64,000 bases of DNA, from NCBI GenBank assembly GCA_012295275.1, contig CM022676.1, positions 12,400,001 through 12,464,000 on the forward strand, given 5' to 3'. Below, piece by piece: positions 51,261-64,000 of the stretch. Position numbers and translations under genes: made by a program. Under the pieces are notes generated by a model. The model was given only the letters and a program-made list of their open reading frames with translations, ran no database searches and was not told the origin of the DNA. Origin of the DNA: Chrysomallon squamiferum (taxonomy: Eukaryota; Animalia; Mollusca). The stretch's first letter is position 1; each line of letters begins with the position of its first letter.

Positions 51261-51972
51261 ATCTAAGACACATATTACATTGTAAAAATACTGTACCAAA
51301 ACATGTGAGAAAAGTATCTTACCAAGTCTCGCAGTCAAATTCTTACCCAGAAGACCAAAGTTTCAAGATCGTCTGCCGTGTCCTCCCTGTACATCAAAAT
51401 GAAATACGAGCTGAGTAAACGCCTGTTTGTCTCTGTTTTTCGTCAAACCCTCGAGTTTTTTCTGGTGCCTGTATGTAGATATTATATTCCTGTGTACGGC
51501 AGTGAAAATCGGGGAGGGAATGCTAACAAATTTTAAAACTGTATTTGTTTGTTGCACAAAGCTCGCCATAACGTGGTCGCTAATTAACTGAAATGTATCG
51601 TTTGAAAACTTCAAAGAGTTCATCATCGCATATTTTTGCATAAAATGATATTACTGATGGTTAAAAGAAATTGAATGATTTATTTTTCTTGATATTTAAA
51701 ATCGGTGTATTCATTTATTATAATTATTTTATTTTATTTTAGCATTGTTGTCACTTTATAGTTTTCCCAGTTTATCAATAAAGACTAGATAATCATAAGA
51801 TTACATACATATAAAATAGTATTATTTTAATAAAATCATTTATAGCTAGTATATAGAAACTAGATGTATTTACTGGAACAGTTTCATAGATATCCGAGTT
51901 TAACGTTAAAACAAATTGAGACCATTTTCCTCACAATAACAAGAATAACAAATTAATGAATAAAAGAGCCTA

Positions 51973-52030
<58 letters not shown>

Positions 52031-53006
52031 GTAATATCATACTGAAAACAGACGAAGTTAATATTTTTTGTTAAGATGATGCATAATGCAGTGTCAGAAA
52101 ATAGGTCAGATTGCAGAAAATATCAGTTTTAATCGTGTATATGTTATTCTAGTTCAAGATCATTTCCTTGAACTAGTATTTTAGGTAACGTATTTGCTTT
52201 CATTGCATCCTCTTTTTTTCGATTTCTTTAGTGTTGTTGAAAATTACTGTTAACTAACGATGTATAATTGAACTAGAACTATTGAGAAAAAAAAGAAGAA
52301 AAAAGATCAAATAACTTTCTTGTGTTTGTTTTTATTTAAAAATCGTCCAGCTAAAATCGTCCAGTTTCAACTCGTGTATACAAAGTACAGAAGTTTACTA
52401 ACTGTTACTTCAGAATTAAATGAGTTCTAAATATACTTTGCATATGACAATACATTCTTACAGTCCTTTATAGTAAACATACTAGTTTACAAATGCATTA
52501 AACTACATTAAAGAAACAAATGAAAATCCCAATTAAATTTACCAACCTACACTAGTCAAAGGTAAAAATAGAATACAAAATAATAAATAAATAAATTGGA
52601 TTGATGCCTTGTCTGGTACCTTATTTATAATTAATTAATACCTCAGGTCTGTTAATTTTGATACATTGCAGTTTAGAACATGATGCTGACTCTGGAGATC
52701 TAAGCCTTCGTAAGTGTTTGTGGTGTTATCAGAGTTTCAAATGGATCTGCGACAAGTGTATCAATCAGACATAATCAAAATATAGGTTATCTTAACTGAC
52801 CTCAGAAACTGTTAGATATGCTATTCTTGAAAACAATGCTATGTGCAGTATAGATAAACTGAGGCGCTAAATAAGAAATAAAGTGAAATAAATATATGTA
52901 AAACGCAGACACGTTTACACAGTGACAGCGCTGTAGTAATAACGTGACACTGTAAGTTAACCTAGATAAAGTACAACTCGTGTACCCGGAAGAAATAACA
53001 TACGTA

Positions 53007-53061
53007 ATGGCGCTGTTGAGATATTTACTTGTTTCTCTCTTGATTGTTAGATATTGTCTAG
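53007..53061 (+). CDS. Gene C leader exon MALLRYLLVSLLIVRYCL(G)
   Basis: 55 nt, G|GTAAGT donor, homologous to the gene B leader. Confidence 0.85.
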
Positions 53062-54006
53062 GTAAGTGCTTTTTTGTGTGTGTTATTATTATTATTTTAT
53101 CTTTAATTCATACATTAAAACGAACATGTTAGATATCACTGGAACGAAGATGCACATAAAGAAGAAAGACAAAAAAAAAAAAAGAAAAAAAAAAAAACAA
53201 GAAAAAGAACAACAACAGAAAAAACGCAAAATCTGGTTCTGGTTTTGTGTTCAAACTTGGCTTAAAGTTTTATCTCTTTATATTTCTTAAACTGCACGAC
53301 CTATCTATCAGAAGTGAACGGATCGTTCTGTAAAGACACAGCTTCATGTAAACTGTACGGAATGTTATATATTGTAAGTGAAACACTCATGCACACACAC
53401 ATACACACACACACACTCACACATAATTATATATATGTACACACGCATTTCATACATGCACATATCCATCCATACACAGAAACGAAGCAAAAATGCAGCA
53501 TCATATTCTAGTGAAAGTTGACGTAGTTAAGACGGTTTTTCATTTAATGTAGTAAAATACATTGTTCTATAGTTATAGTTAAATGCACACTGGCAGTTTG
53601 TGATAGAGTAATATTACATCACAGTGACATACACTGCTGAACTTACAAAGAGTACAGGAAGGCAGTTAGAAAATATCAGTTAATATCACGTCTATAGAGA
53701 CGCTGTTCCAGTTAATTGTGATATACGTAATTTCTTTAACACGTTTTTCAGGTAATACAGTAACTATTAACTCAGTAAAGTGGTTTGAACCAGTAGCGAC
53801 GATAAGAATCCTTGAACAGCCACGTTTGACAGTAAATAATTCCAACTTGTTGGTTGTTTTGAGGCAATAAACTGAGAAAAACAAGTGCACATGCATTTTA
53901 ATAGCATGACATAATTATTTTTGATTTTAATTTTAAAAGACAAATCCTAGAACTAGCTGTTTCGGTAAGCCTGTTTCAAATCTCAAAATGCGTTATTATT
54001 ATTATT

Positions 54007-54043
<37 letters not shown>

Positions 54044-57000
54044 CCGTCATTATTACTATTATTATTATTATTATTATTAGTTGATATTGCTTCTGCGATT
54101 AGTAACTGAAGAGCTTGCAACTAATACTAAGAAATATACGCTGAAATGAGTGGTAAACTGTAGAATTATCTTTATTTCAGTGGTACAACAGTCTCCATCA
54201 CGAAGTCCTCTCAATCACAGTCAGTACTATTACTGTCGAATTGTATCTGCTTTCAAAAGTGAAAAATCCGAGATGAGTTCTGTGATTCTTATTTAAAAAT
54301 ATTTTTGAATATCCCTTCCATTGTACCTCTCAGCAAATACCGGTTGCCATGCAGCTAGTTTGGAGAGCATATGCACTTTATCACAAAGTTAACTTTAAAA
54401 TGCGTTTTCCTCAGTAAATATTTTCCAAACCACAGACCTTTGAATTATTATAGCTTCGTAGTTTTCAAGATATTGGTCTGTTTTATATATCAGTTTAAAA
54501 GGAATTAAATACAGAATTGAAATTTAAATACATTTTTTCTTTCATTTTCTTTTAATTATTTATTAATATTTGTATTTCATTTTCCAGGACAACTAGTGTT
54601 TTTGTACATTGTTGATGAAAATTACTCAGAACTAATGCTGTCATATCCTTAGACTAGATATAATGAGTTAATATAAAAGTGTCAGAAAATGTTTTGTTTT
54701 CTTTTTTTCGCAGATATCGACCAACAGATTTAAATTCAGTTTCTGTTTACAATCTGCCATAGTTCTTCTTGCTATTTTTTAAACTCTATACAAAAATTTA
54801 CAAATGGGTTGTTAAAACACTCTATATGAAGAAACATTCTTTCAAGTGTTTATATTAAGTCCGTAATAAGGTAACCTAGATACTGTTTATATGCTCGGAA
54901 GAAACAAGTTTCGCCACAACATACACAATGGCGCTGTTTGGATACTTACTTGTTTCTGACCTCATTATTAGATATAGTTTACGTAAGTTTTCGAAACTAT
55001 TAGATTGTTATTCAATAAAAAACCTCATGAAACCTCAACTAAAGTGCCAAACGTTTAATACGACTACCACGTATGATAATAATATTAACCCTATACTGTT
55101 ACTACTACAACTACAACTGCGACTACCCTATCATTGATGAGAATCATTTGCAAACATTTACTAACTTTTTCTCTACAGCGATGTACTAGAATATTATAGC
55201 TTGAACTAATATTTTTATTTATTTTTCAGGTTTGTCTCTACAGATGAATGGATCATCATCGTATGGAGTTATAAGAGAGAGATATACTTTGTTTTGTTCT
55301 GTTTCACCTGTTGATGATATATCATCAAATATTCAATTTAAGAAATATGAAAATGGTGCAATTACTTCACTTTGCTTGGTTAGCACATCCTGTGTTGAGA
55401 TTTTTCCACGCCCTGGTTATAACTGTGGATGTTTTCACAGCAGTGGAGAAACTCGTGTCTACAACTTGACAATACAAAGTCTGAACATTACTGGTGACAC
55501 TAAATGGAGATGTTATCATACTTCCAGTTTCAGTAAAGACTTTATCTTGAACGTTTACTGTAAGTACTTTTGATAAAACAAGTTTCTAGTCTTTCATTTT
55601 GCTTTGTGATATTCAAAGCAAAAGAATAGTTCAGTTATAAGCATTGGCACAGACCAAATAAAGCAAACTATTTGAAATCTTTATTAAATTTCAGTGCAAA
55701 TTATTAATCAGAAAGGCTTAAATAAAATCAGATGTTCAAGAAGGCAAACTTACTTTTAGAAATCTCATTAATTTCACATTAGTCAAGATAGAGATTTTAT
55801 AGATTATCTCGTATTATTCCTATTCCTATTGTTATTATTATTGATATTATTATTATTATCATTATTATTATTATTATTATTATTATTACTGAGTTTACTT
55901 TATTCTAATTTATTTAATTTTTTTTTTTTTTTTTTATTATGTGTGTATATTATATGTATATGTATTTGTATTATATGTATATGTAATAGAACACTGTACC
56001 TAATCAGAAGAAATAAAATAAGGATACAAAAAATAGTTTTTTGATTTTTTCAGTATGACTTTCAATACCTTTAATCAAACTTTAATTACTCAAAACAGTA
56101 CATACAACAAAATGCTAGAAACTGTTTCAATAAATAAATAACATTATTAAATAACATTATTAATTAATTAATTAATTAATGATAATAATTTCTACAAAAT
56201 ACAAAGTAATTTGAAAATTAATTCTAAATAAAGTATTTTTTTTTATTATTATTTAATTTTCAATAACAGAACAAAATTGGTATTATTACTAATAATTCAA
56301 AATCATGTTAATTTCTGCTATCTTCAGTATTTATTTTTTGTTTGCTATCATAAATCAGCAAGTGGATTACTTTAATATTTAATACAACTCAGAATAGTAG
56401 TACTGCATATTAACATATTGTCAATAACAGCAGATTTAAAGTAAAAGTCGGACCTGAAAAATTTAAAACCATAATTCATTGAAGAATATATTCTCTATTA
56501 GAATGAGAGTTGCTTATTCATTATTGTGTGAAAATTTACAAATGTTGAATTGAATTTTGTACTGATAAAGTTCAGACATCTGTAAATTAAGAAATCTTCA
56601 ATGTGATGCAGATTATACATATTTAAAAATGAATTTGTATCTACAAAGCCAAAATATTATACAAATGAAAATGTCTTTTGTGTGTTTGATCATTAAAATA
56701 CATTAATACATTAATTAACAATTACTACATTTTCAGCTCCAGTGACATCAGTTACTCTGGAGGTTTCAGGATCTACTCCAGGTTCTGTTGTTGTTGTGGA
56801 AGGAAGATCAGTTGAGTTCACCTGTTTTATACAAGGAGCAAAACCTGCACCCACAACATCTCAGGTGTCCTGGTACAGACAAGACAAGTCAGGTAGTAAC
56901 TTCACTTTACCTGGATCACCTGCTACACCTACTACAGATGACAGAAATACCTCTGTGAACTACAGCTACACTGCTGACAGACAACATCAAGGTAACAGAG

Positions 57001-60000
57001 TTTTCTGTGCTGCTAGAAACATTCTGATGGAGAACAGAGGAGATTCAGATATCACATCCACAAACTACATACAACTTAATGTGCAGTGTAAGATTTTCTT
57101 TATATTACAATGTACACACTAGTAATACTACAAAATATCAAACTGGTAGTTAATAATGTTTTTAAAACTTTGTCATGTGATGTCAAATGTTCAAAAGCAT
57201 GTTATAAGTGTATTTCTATACAGTTTTATAACTCACTGTTTATTAACTTTCTAATATTTACTCAGTCTGCAATGATACTGCTTCTCACAAATTTGTTTAT
57301 ATATTTTTTTTTCGCTTGATAAATCTTTTTCTATAACATTTGAACTGATTGATTAATTTAGCATCTCCTTCAAATTCAGACTTTCCACCCAACTTTATTT
57401 TATATTAACAACGTGATTAACTTTCAGGGCCACCAGTGAATCCAGCTTTATCAGGAGACTGTCCGGACAGCTACATACGTTCATCTACTACAGGAACATG
57501 TCACTGTTCTACATCTGACAGTGGGAATCCAGCAGGGAAGATTTCTTGGTTTAAACCAGATGGAACAAACACAGGAAAAGATGACCTTGTACTAAACACA
57601 ATACCACGACTACACAACAACAAAAATTACACGTGCAAAATAGAAAATATTCATGGATCAAAGACAATTATCTTTACAGCAAAACTGGCTTGTAAGTAAC
57701 CTAAAGCAAACATAATGACACTGATTCCACTCAATTATCAAATACAAAATATTTTATGTACTTATCCAAACTGCAGTGAGAATTAAAATAATAACATTTG
57801 TTCTTTGAAGATTCAGATTTGTATTTTTATAAAAGCAATAGCATATATGAATGAACTTTCAATGCTTTAAACATTCTGTTGTTTTCATAACAAAGATCAG
57901 ATTAATTTGAAGATTGAGATTTAGATAATGCTCTTAAAATGCACATATTCCTTGATCTATTCTAGGAGAAAATAAATGGTTTTATTCTCTGTGGGCTAGT
58001 CAGTTGAAATGCCTTCAGCCTCTTTGACAAATTCAAGTAAATTTCTTTAGCTACACATCTGTAACATTAGATATATTTTACAGTGATTTAGGTAAGGCTT
58101 TCTTGAGCGTTGTGAAATGCTGTCTATTACTTATATTAATCATGTTCGTTTTCCTACTAAAAGACGCAAATTAAAACTAAGTCAGAAATGTGTTGTCATC
58201 AGTCTCATTTTCATGCCAAATTATATTCAACAACATAATAAATAATCCGATTAGACATAATTTTAAAAGTTATGGGTTTTAAAGTCATATCCTAAATTTG
58301 CGGTATACTATTCATTCAAGTAATGCTCAGGATATCTGAACATTTGCATAACTACAATAAGTGGTACATCTGATGAAAAGAGAAATTTTGAAAAACACTT
58401 TTTTTTTTTAGAAAACTTAACTCTAGTTGGTTATTAAGTACAATATTTAAAATTTACTACTTTCAGAAATGTAGATAACAAAAATAATACTATACTTTTA
58501 GAACTGTACAATAATGTTTGAAATTCAGACAAGAAGCCATGATATAATAGTGAATAAAATGGTGGAAACAAACACTTGTATAATAAATTTCTTGAATCAA
58601 AAATATTTTTGTGGTTGTCATTGCTCTCATTCATGTCCAGTGATATTCCACAACATAATAAATAATCCAATTAGACATAATTTTACAAGTTATGGATTTT
58701 AAAATTATTTTGTAAATTGGTAGTACACTATTCATTCAAATAAAGCCCAGCATATCTAAATATCAGTATAACTTCTAAAAATGGTATATCTAATGAAAAC
58801 AAATTTAGAAGAAAAAAAAAGAAAGAAAATGTGACTTTGTTATTAAGGACAATATTTAAAATTTAGTACCTTCAGAAATGTGGATAACACAATAAAACAT
58901 ATTAGAATTGTATAATCTTTGAAATATAAACAACAAGCTATGACACAATACTGAATAAAAGGTTGGAAACACAAACTCTTTGTTTGGTACTATAGACCAA
59001 ACTGGTTTTGTTCTGAACATCTACATAATATGAACACTGGTGATTTGTAATTGCTGATCATACTTTTATAATAAGTTTCTTGAATTGAGGAGAAGTGCAC
59101 CAACAATTGTGATGATTTCAAGAATCCAAGAGTCTTACCTTTCTGGATGGCAGACGATGATATTTTGTTTTATACAAAAAAAGTTGATATTGCAACAAAA
59201 TAGTTTGCTTTACATATTTATTGAAGTTTCCTTCACTTAAATGTTTAAATGCAGTGAGAAACACATGGTTCAGCCAGTATCTGCTGTTATAGATCAGCTA
59301 ATTATTGTCTGAAATCACCAGCGTCAGACTGCCTATAAAAACTATTTATTCCTTATCACTGTGTAGAAATGTAAGACAGAATCAGTCAGCAGATTTCACA
59401 TTCCCATTATAATATGTTATTCCTCTCTCTGGTGTCCCATCTCTTAAGTTTTAAACTGTTGTTATCTCCAAATACTTTTCGTCTTCACAATTGCCAAATG
59501 TGGTGACTCCAATAAACAGTTTGCATACTCATAGTGGATAAAGAAACATTAGCTTTATATAAGATAAATTAGTATGTGCTTGCATCTTTGTTCTTTATAA
59601 TTCTCAAGCGCATCAGTAAATAAACATTAGGATAAGTTTATATATTTGAGTAAGATAATGGGTTATTGAAATTAACGAACTGAGTGGCATTGGTAGCTTT
59701 TGTTCTCTTAAAATAAATATGTAAATAGACACAAACACATTCATTAGATATGTCGTGTTTATAAAAGGGTTTATAGTGTTTTGAGTTTATTTATTTTATA
59801 ATTTCAGTTGGTCCAGAGAATGTGACTGTCACTGGTAACAAAGCTGAATTTGATGCTGATGGAAGAAATATTTTAACACTGAAATGCACAACTTCATCAT
59901 CCAGTCCCGATGTGACCTTCACCTGGAAAAACCTGACCAGTGGTCAAGAGATTATTTCACAGAGTCCAGTCAGAGAAGAAGATGCAGGTGATGGTGGAAA

Positions 60001-63000
60001 ACAATTCAGTCAAAATCTGACAATAACTCTAGTCTGGTTTCAAGACAAAAACACAATCAGATGTCAAGTGAAAAACACAGCATTGTCAGTAGAAAGAGTT
60101 TCTGACATTGTACTAGACTTGATATGTAAGTGTTAATTACACTGTTATTTTATATTAAACAGTTTATACATTGTACTAGACTTGATATGTAAGTGTTAAT
60201 TACACTGTTGTTTTATATTAAACAGTTTATACATTGTACTAGACTTCATATGTAAGTGTTAATTTACTTTGTTATTTTACACTTACTTTTTAGCCAAATA
60301 CAATATTTAATTTGTTCAGTCTCTATGATTACTAAATTTTGTGGATTTTAATTCATGAAAATTTAATTTATCTTTGATCAAATCTGTTACATGTGAATTG
60401 AATTGAACGTATGTGTTCATTTTTATCAGTATGAATGTATTATTGATGTAATCTGTATTTATTTACAACATTTAATTTAATCCATTCAAGTCATGCTTTA
60501 AATTATGCAATACATTAGAAATCAGATCACTGAATGATTATATATATAGTGAATAACAACAAACCTGTATAAATTTCCTCAATCTAAACCTTTAAAATTG
60601 CTGACAATGTAAGGAAGTAGAATTTCTTTATGTAAAAATAAGTAATGACACATATTTTTACACAAACAGATCCGCCATTGAACCCACCTGTGATATCAGG
60701 ATACCAGACAGGAAATGTTGTGTATGAAGGTGACACACTCAACTTGTCATGTGTTGTCACTGGTGGGAAACCTTTCGTGACATCAGCAACGTTGTCTTGT
60801 TTTGGAGGTCACAATATGACATCATCACAGACTGTTGCCAACAGTGTTGTAGTAGACATGAATTTTACAGTTACTGGACATTTTAATATGAAGACTTGTC
60901 AGTGCAGTGCAAAACACAAGACAGGCAGATACAGCGAAACTGACAACAAAACCATCACTGTGTACTGTAAGTATTCTTATTACACTGTTCACTGTGTACT
61001 GTAAGTGTTCTTATTACACTGTTCACTGTGTACTGTAAGTGTTCTTACTATACTGTCCACTGTGTACTGTAAGTATTCTTACTATACTGTTCACTGTGTA
61101 CTGTAAGTATTCTTATTACATTGTTCACTGTGTACTGTAAGTGTTCTTATTACACTGTTCATTGTGTACTGTAAGTGTTCTTATTACATTGTTCACTGTG
61201 TACTGTAAGTGTTCTTATTACACTGTTCATTGTGTACTGGAAGTGTTCTTATTACATTGTTCATTGTGTACTGTAAGTATTCTTATTAGACTGTTCATTG
61301 TGTACTGTAAGTTTATTTATTATACTGTTCATTGTCTGTTGTAAGTGTTATTATTACACTGTTCACTGTGTACTGTAAGTGTTCTTACTATACTGTTCAC
61401 TGTGTACTGTAAGTGTTCTTACTATACTGTCCACTGTGTACTGTAAGTATTCTTACTATACTGTTCACTGTGTACTGTAAGTATTCTTATTACATTGTTC
61501 ACTGTGTACTGTAAGTGTTCTTATTACACTGTTCATTGTGTACTGTAAGTGTTCTTATTACACTGTTCACTGTGTACTGTAAGTGTTCTTATTACACTGT
61601 TCATTGTGTACTGTAAGTGTTCTTATTACACTGTTCACTGAGTACTGTAAGTGTTCTTATTACACGGTTCATTGTGTACTGTAAGTGTTCTTATTACATT
61701 GTTCATTGTGTACTGTAAGTGTTCTTATTACATTGTTCATTGTGTACTGTAAGTGTTCTTATTACATTGTTCATTGTGTACTGTAAGTGTTCTTATTACA
61801 TTGTTCACTGTGTTCTGTAAGTGTTCTTATTACATTGTTCACTGTGTACTGTAAGTATTCTTATTACATTGTTCAATGTGTACTGTAAGTGTTCTTATTA
61901 CATTGTTCACTGTGTAATGTAAGTGTTCTTATTACATTGTTGAATGTGTACTGTAAGTATTCTTATTACATTGTTCACTGTGTTGTGTTAGTGTTCTTAT
62001 TAGTTTGTTGTTTTTGTACTGTAAGTGTTCTTATTACATTGTTCACTGTGTAATGTAAGTGTACTTATTAAATTGTTCAATGTGTACTGTAAGTATTCTT
62101 ATTACATTGTTCATTGTGTACTGTACGTATTCTTAGAACATTGTTCACTGTGTTCTGTTAGTGTTCTTATTAGTTTGTTGTTTTTGTACTGTAAGTGTTC
62201 TTATTATAATTACTTACATTGTTGATTGTTTTGTATTGTTGTCCTTAAAATGTTAATGTTTAAACATTTGTTTTGTCTACTTTAGTAAATCAAGCATTGA
62301 ACGAGTTATAATAATACTTATTGTTATACTTATTGAAATCCATTGATAGATCCACCATCAGTCCCAAGTTTAACTGCAAGTTCAAATTTTCCCTGGTTAG
62401 AAAGAGAAAACAGAAATTTGACGTGCTCTGTGAGAGAGAGAGGAAATCCTCCAGCTGACTTTGTCTGGTATAAAAATGGAGTCAAACAGCCTGGACAAAG
62501 AAAATCTATCTGGTTGTTCAGAAACCTGACTTACAAAGATAACAAACTAACATTCAGATGTGAGGCTCAAAATATTTTTACACTACACAAAAATGAAGTG
62601 AAATCTTCACCTGATACAGCACTCAATGTTTTCTGTGAGTATTAAACATGATGCTTTGTTATTTTTATACTGTTTTATGATTTATTGAACTTTAATTTGA
62701 AACCGACTAGTGTTTATTGCCATGAAAAGTCCAATAATCATAAACTGTTTAATTATTATTAAGAATTATTCTTTGTTTGCTAAAAATAATTTATAGTGTA
62801 CGAGAAATCAAACTTAAAAACAAGTAAATAATGATTTAATTTACTACAGACAGTCCACGAGTAACTGTTGATACATCTGGACCAATCACAAAGCGAGAAG
62901 GACAGGAGTTGGAGAAGATAGACTGTACTGCAGACAGCAATCCTCCAAACCCTACAATTACTTGGACATCAGATTCAAATAAACCATGGAAGGGTGGTCT

Positions 63001-63446
63001 CCCTTTAGAGATAGCAGTACTTGACAGAGGGCAGCACGGGACATATACGTGTAAAGCGACAGTCACTTCATCACTGGGAACACTGACAGGAACTTCACAA
63101 ATTGAAATTATAGTAAACTGTAAGTTTTTAAAACTCTTTTTAAATTATATTATTTTATTATTTTTTTTATAATACATTATTGCACATTAAATTTAAATTA
63201 GATCCACAAATCACAAATTGAAATTATAATAAAGCGTAATTTAAAAAAATAAAAATAAATTAATATTAAATTTATTTGTTGATTAGTTATCTCCCTGATT
63301 AGTTAGTGTCATTTTACATTTTTTTAAATATATTAATATTTTTTTTTTTTCTAAACTGGTGGATTATTGTATATTCAATTAGATTCATCAATTACAAACT
63401 GCAATTGTAGTAAAATATAAGAGGAATATTTCTTGTTCTCAATACA

Positions 63447-63483
<37 letters not shown>

Positions 63484-63853
63484 TAATAATAATAATAACA
63501 GTGTTCGTTCTGATTTCTCTAAGATGACTTTTTTAATGTTTTGTAATGTTAAACAGATGCTCCTGATGTTGAAGTGACAAGTCAGACAACAAGTGAAGGA
63601 CACAAACTGATTGTCACATGTGAGGCTTTTGGTCGACCAGACTCTTACACATTTCACGGTTTTCAACAGAGCTGGAGAGATCAGTTTGTGAGAAAGGTGG
63701 AAGGTACTAAAGAAGAAAGAAACAAATATGTGTGGACAGTGCAGTCTGCTAGTTACAAAGATTCTGGTACATATCAGTGTCTGGTAGACAATACAATCAC
63801 AGACACAAACAACACGTTGATTCAAAGCAACACAACTTTAGTACTTGTCAGTG
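53007..63853 (+). CDS. Gene C (5' part, continues past window): IgSF receptor, leader + at least 8 Ig-like domains
   Basis: Exons 53007-53061, 55230-55559, 56737-57087, 57428-57691, 59808-60125, 60670-60966, 62350-62634, 62850-63119, 63557-63853, all phase 1 and open. Confidence 0.88.
54928..54982 (+). CDS. Alternative or decaying gene C leader exon MALFGYLLVSDLIIRYSL
   Basis: 55 nt, intact C|GTAAGT phase-1 donor and its own promoter-module copy. Asp in the hydrophobic core. Confidence 0.5.
55230..55559 (+). CDS. Gene C D1
   Basis: 330 nt; 8 aa differences from gene A D1. Confidence 0.9.
56737..57087 (+). CDS. Gene C D2 (paralog of gene B D2)
   Basis: 351 nt, same length as B D2. Confidence 0.9.
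57428..57691 (+). CDS. Gene C D3 (paralog of gene B D3)
   Basis: 264 nt, one codon shorter than B D3. Confidence 0.9.
58190..58980 (+). repeat. Old ~420-bp intronic tandem duplication
   Basis: gttgtcat..tctcatt..catg...caacataataaataatcc.attagacataa at ~58190 and ~58611. Single copy in gene B (~41095). Confidence 0.7.
59808..60125 (+). CDS. Gene C D4 (paralog of gene A D2)
   Basis: 318 nt, high identity to 4790-5107. Confidence 0.9.
60103..60265 (+). repeat. 63-bp donor-containing repeat, only ~2.5 units
   Basis: Same unit as 5085-5620. Confidence 0.9.
60670..60966 (+). CDS. Gene C D5 (paralog of gene A D3)
   Basis: 297 nt. Confidence 0.9.
60955..62205 (+). repeat. 34-bp donor-containing minisatellite (~37 units)
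   Basis: Same unit as 6312-8070. Confidence 0.95.
62350..62634 (+). CDS. Gene C D6 (paralog of gene A D4)
   Basis: 285 nt. Confidence 0.9.
62850..63119 (+). CDS. Gene C D7 (paralog of gene A D5)
   Basis: 270 nt. Confidence 0.9.
63557..63853 (+). CDS. Gene C D8 (paralog of gene A D6)
   Basis: 297 nt, G|GTGAGT donor. Confidence 0.9.
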
Positions 63854-64000
63854 GTGAGTTATTTTATTGTATATTTTGTAAATTATGTTAAGAGTTAAAA
63901 TAGTATTCAAATCAGTGTATCACTTTATTTCTAAACATATATTTTGTATATACGACAAAAATAACATCACTAAGAATCATTTTCTTTCATTGTAAGCTTT

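Noticed and set aside
407-63853. Dscam-like mutually exclusive exon array, or RAG-type V segment rearrangement
   Set aside because: The duplicated exons belong to separate genes with their own leaders (and, for A and B, their own TM exons and stops). I saw no heptamer/nonamer signals flanking the D1 exons.

Overview
AT-rich, intron-rich, microsatellite-rich eukaryotic DNA. It is probably an invertebrate such as a mollusc, but this is inferred from composition and TE types and is not proven. The window holds a tandem cluster of three + strand immunoglobulin-superfamily (IgSF) type I membrane receptor genes, with one domain per phase-1 exon. Gene A (407-24273) has a leader, 7 Ig-like domains, FN3, TM and a long micro-exon tail with NPxY and YxN motifs ending in ITIM (LIYVDL) + ITSM (TEYASI). 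Gene B (34709-45842) has a leader, 5 Ig-like domains, FN3, a TM containing Cys and Glu, and a tail with a canonical ITAM (YECL-x7-YENI). Gene C (53007 to beyond 64000) has a leader and at least 8 Ig-like domains, combining B's D1-D3 with A's D2-D6. All three share an almost identical 6-Cys N-terminal Ig domain that shows gene-conversion-like homogenisation. The region therefore looks like an invertebrate paired inhibitory/activating receptor locus remodelled by exon deletion, tail swapping and duplication of promoter/leader exons. Also present are minisatellites that reiterate splice donors, a Tigger/pogo element, a decayed Tc1, Academ-like remnants and a gag fragment inside long inverted repeats. 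All gene models were assembled by eye from GT-AG sites and frame continuity, with no transcript evidence.
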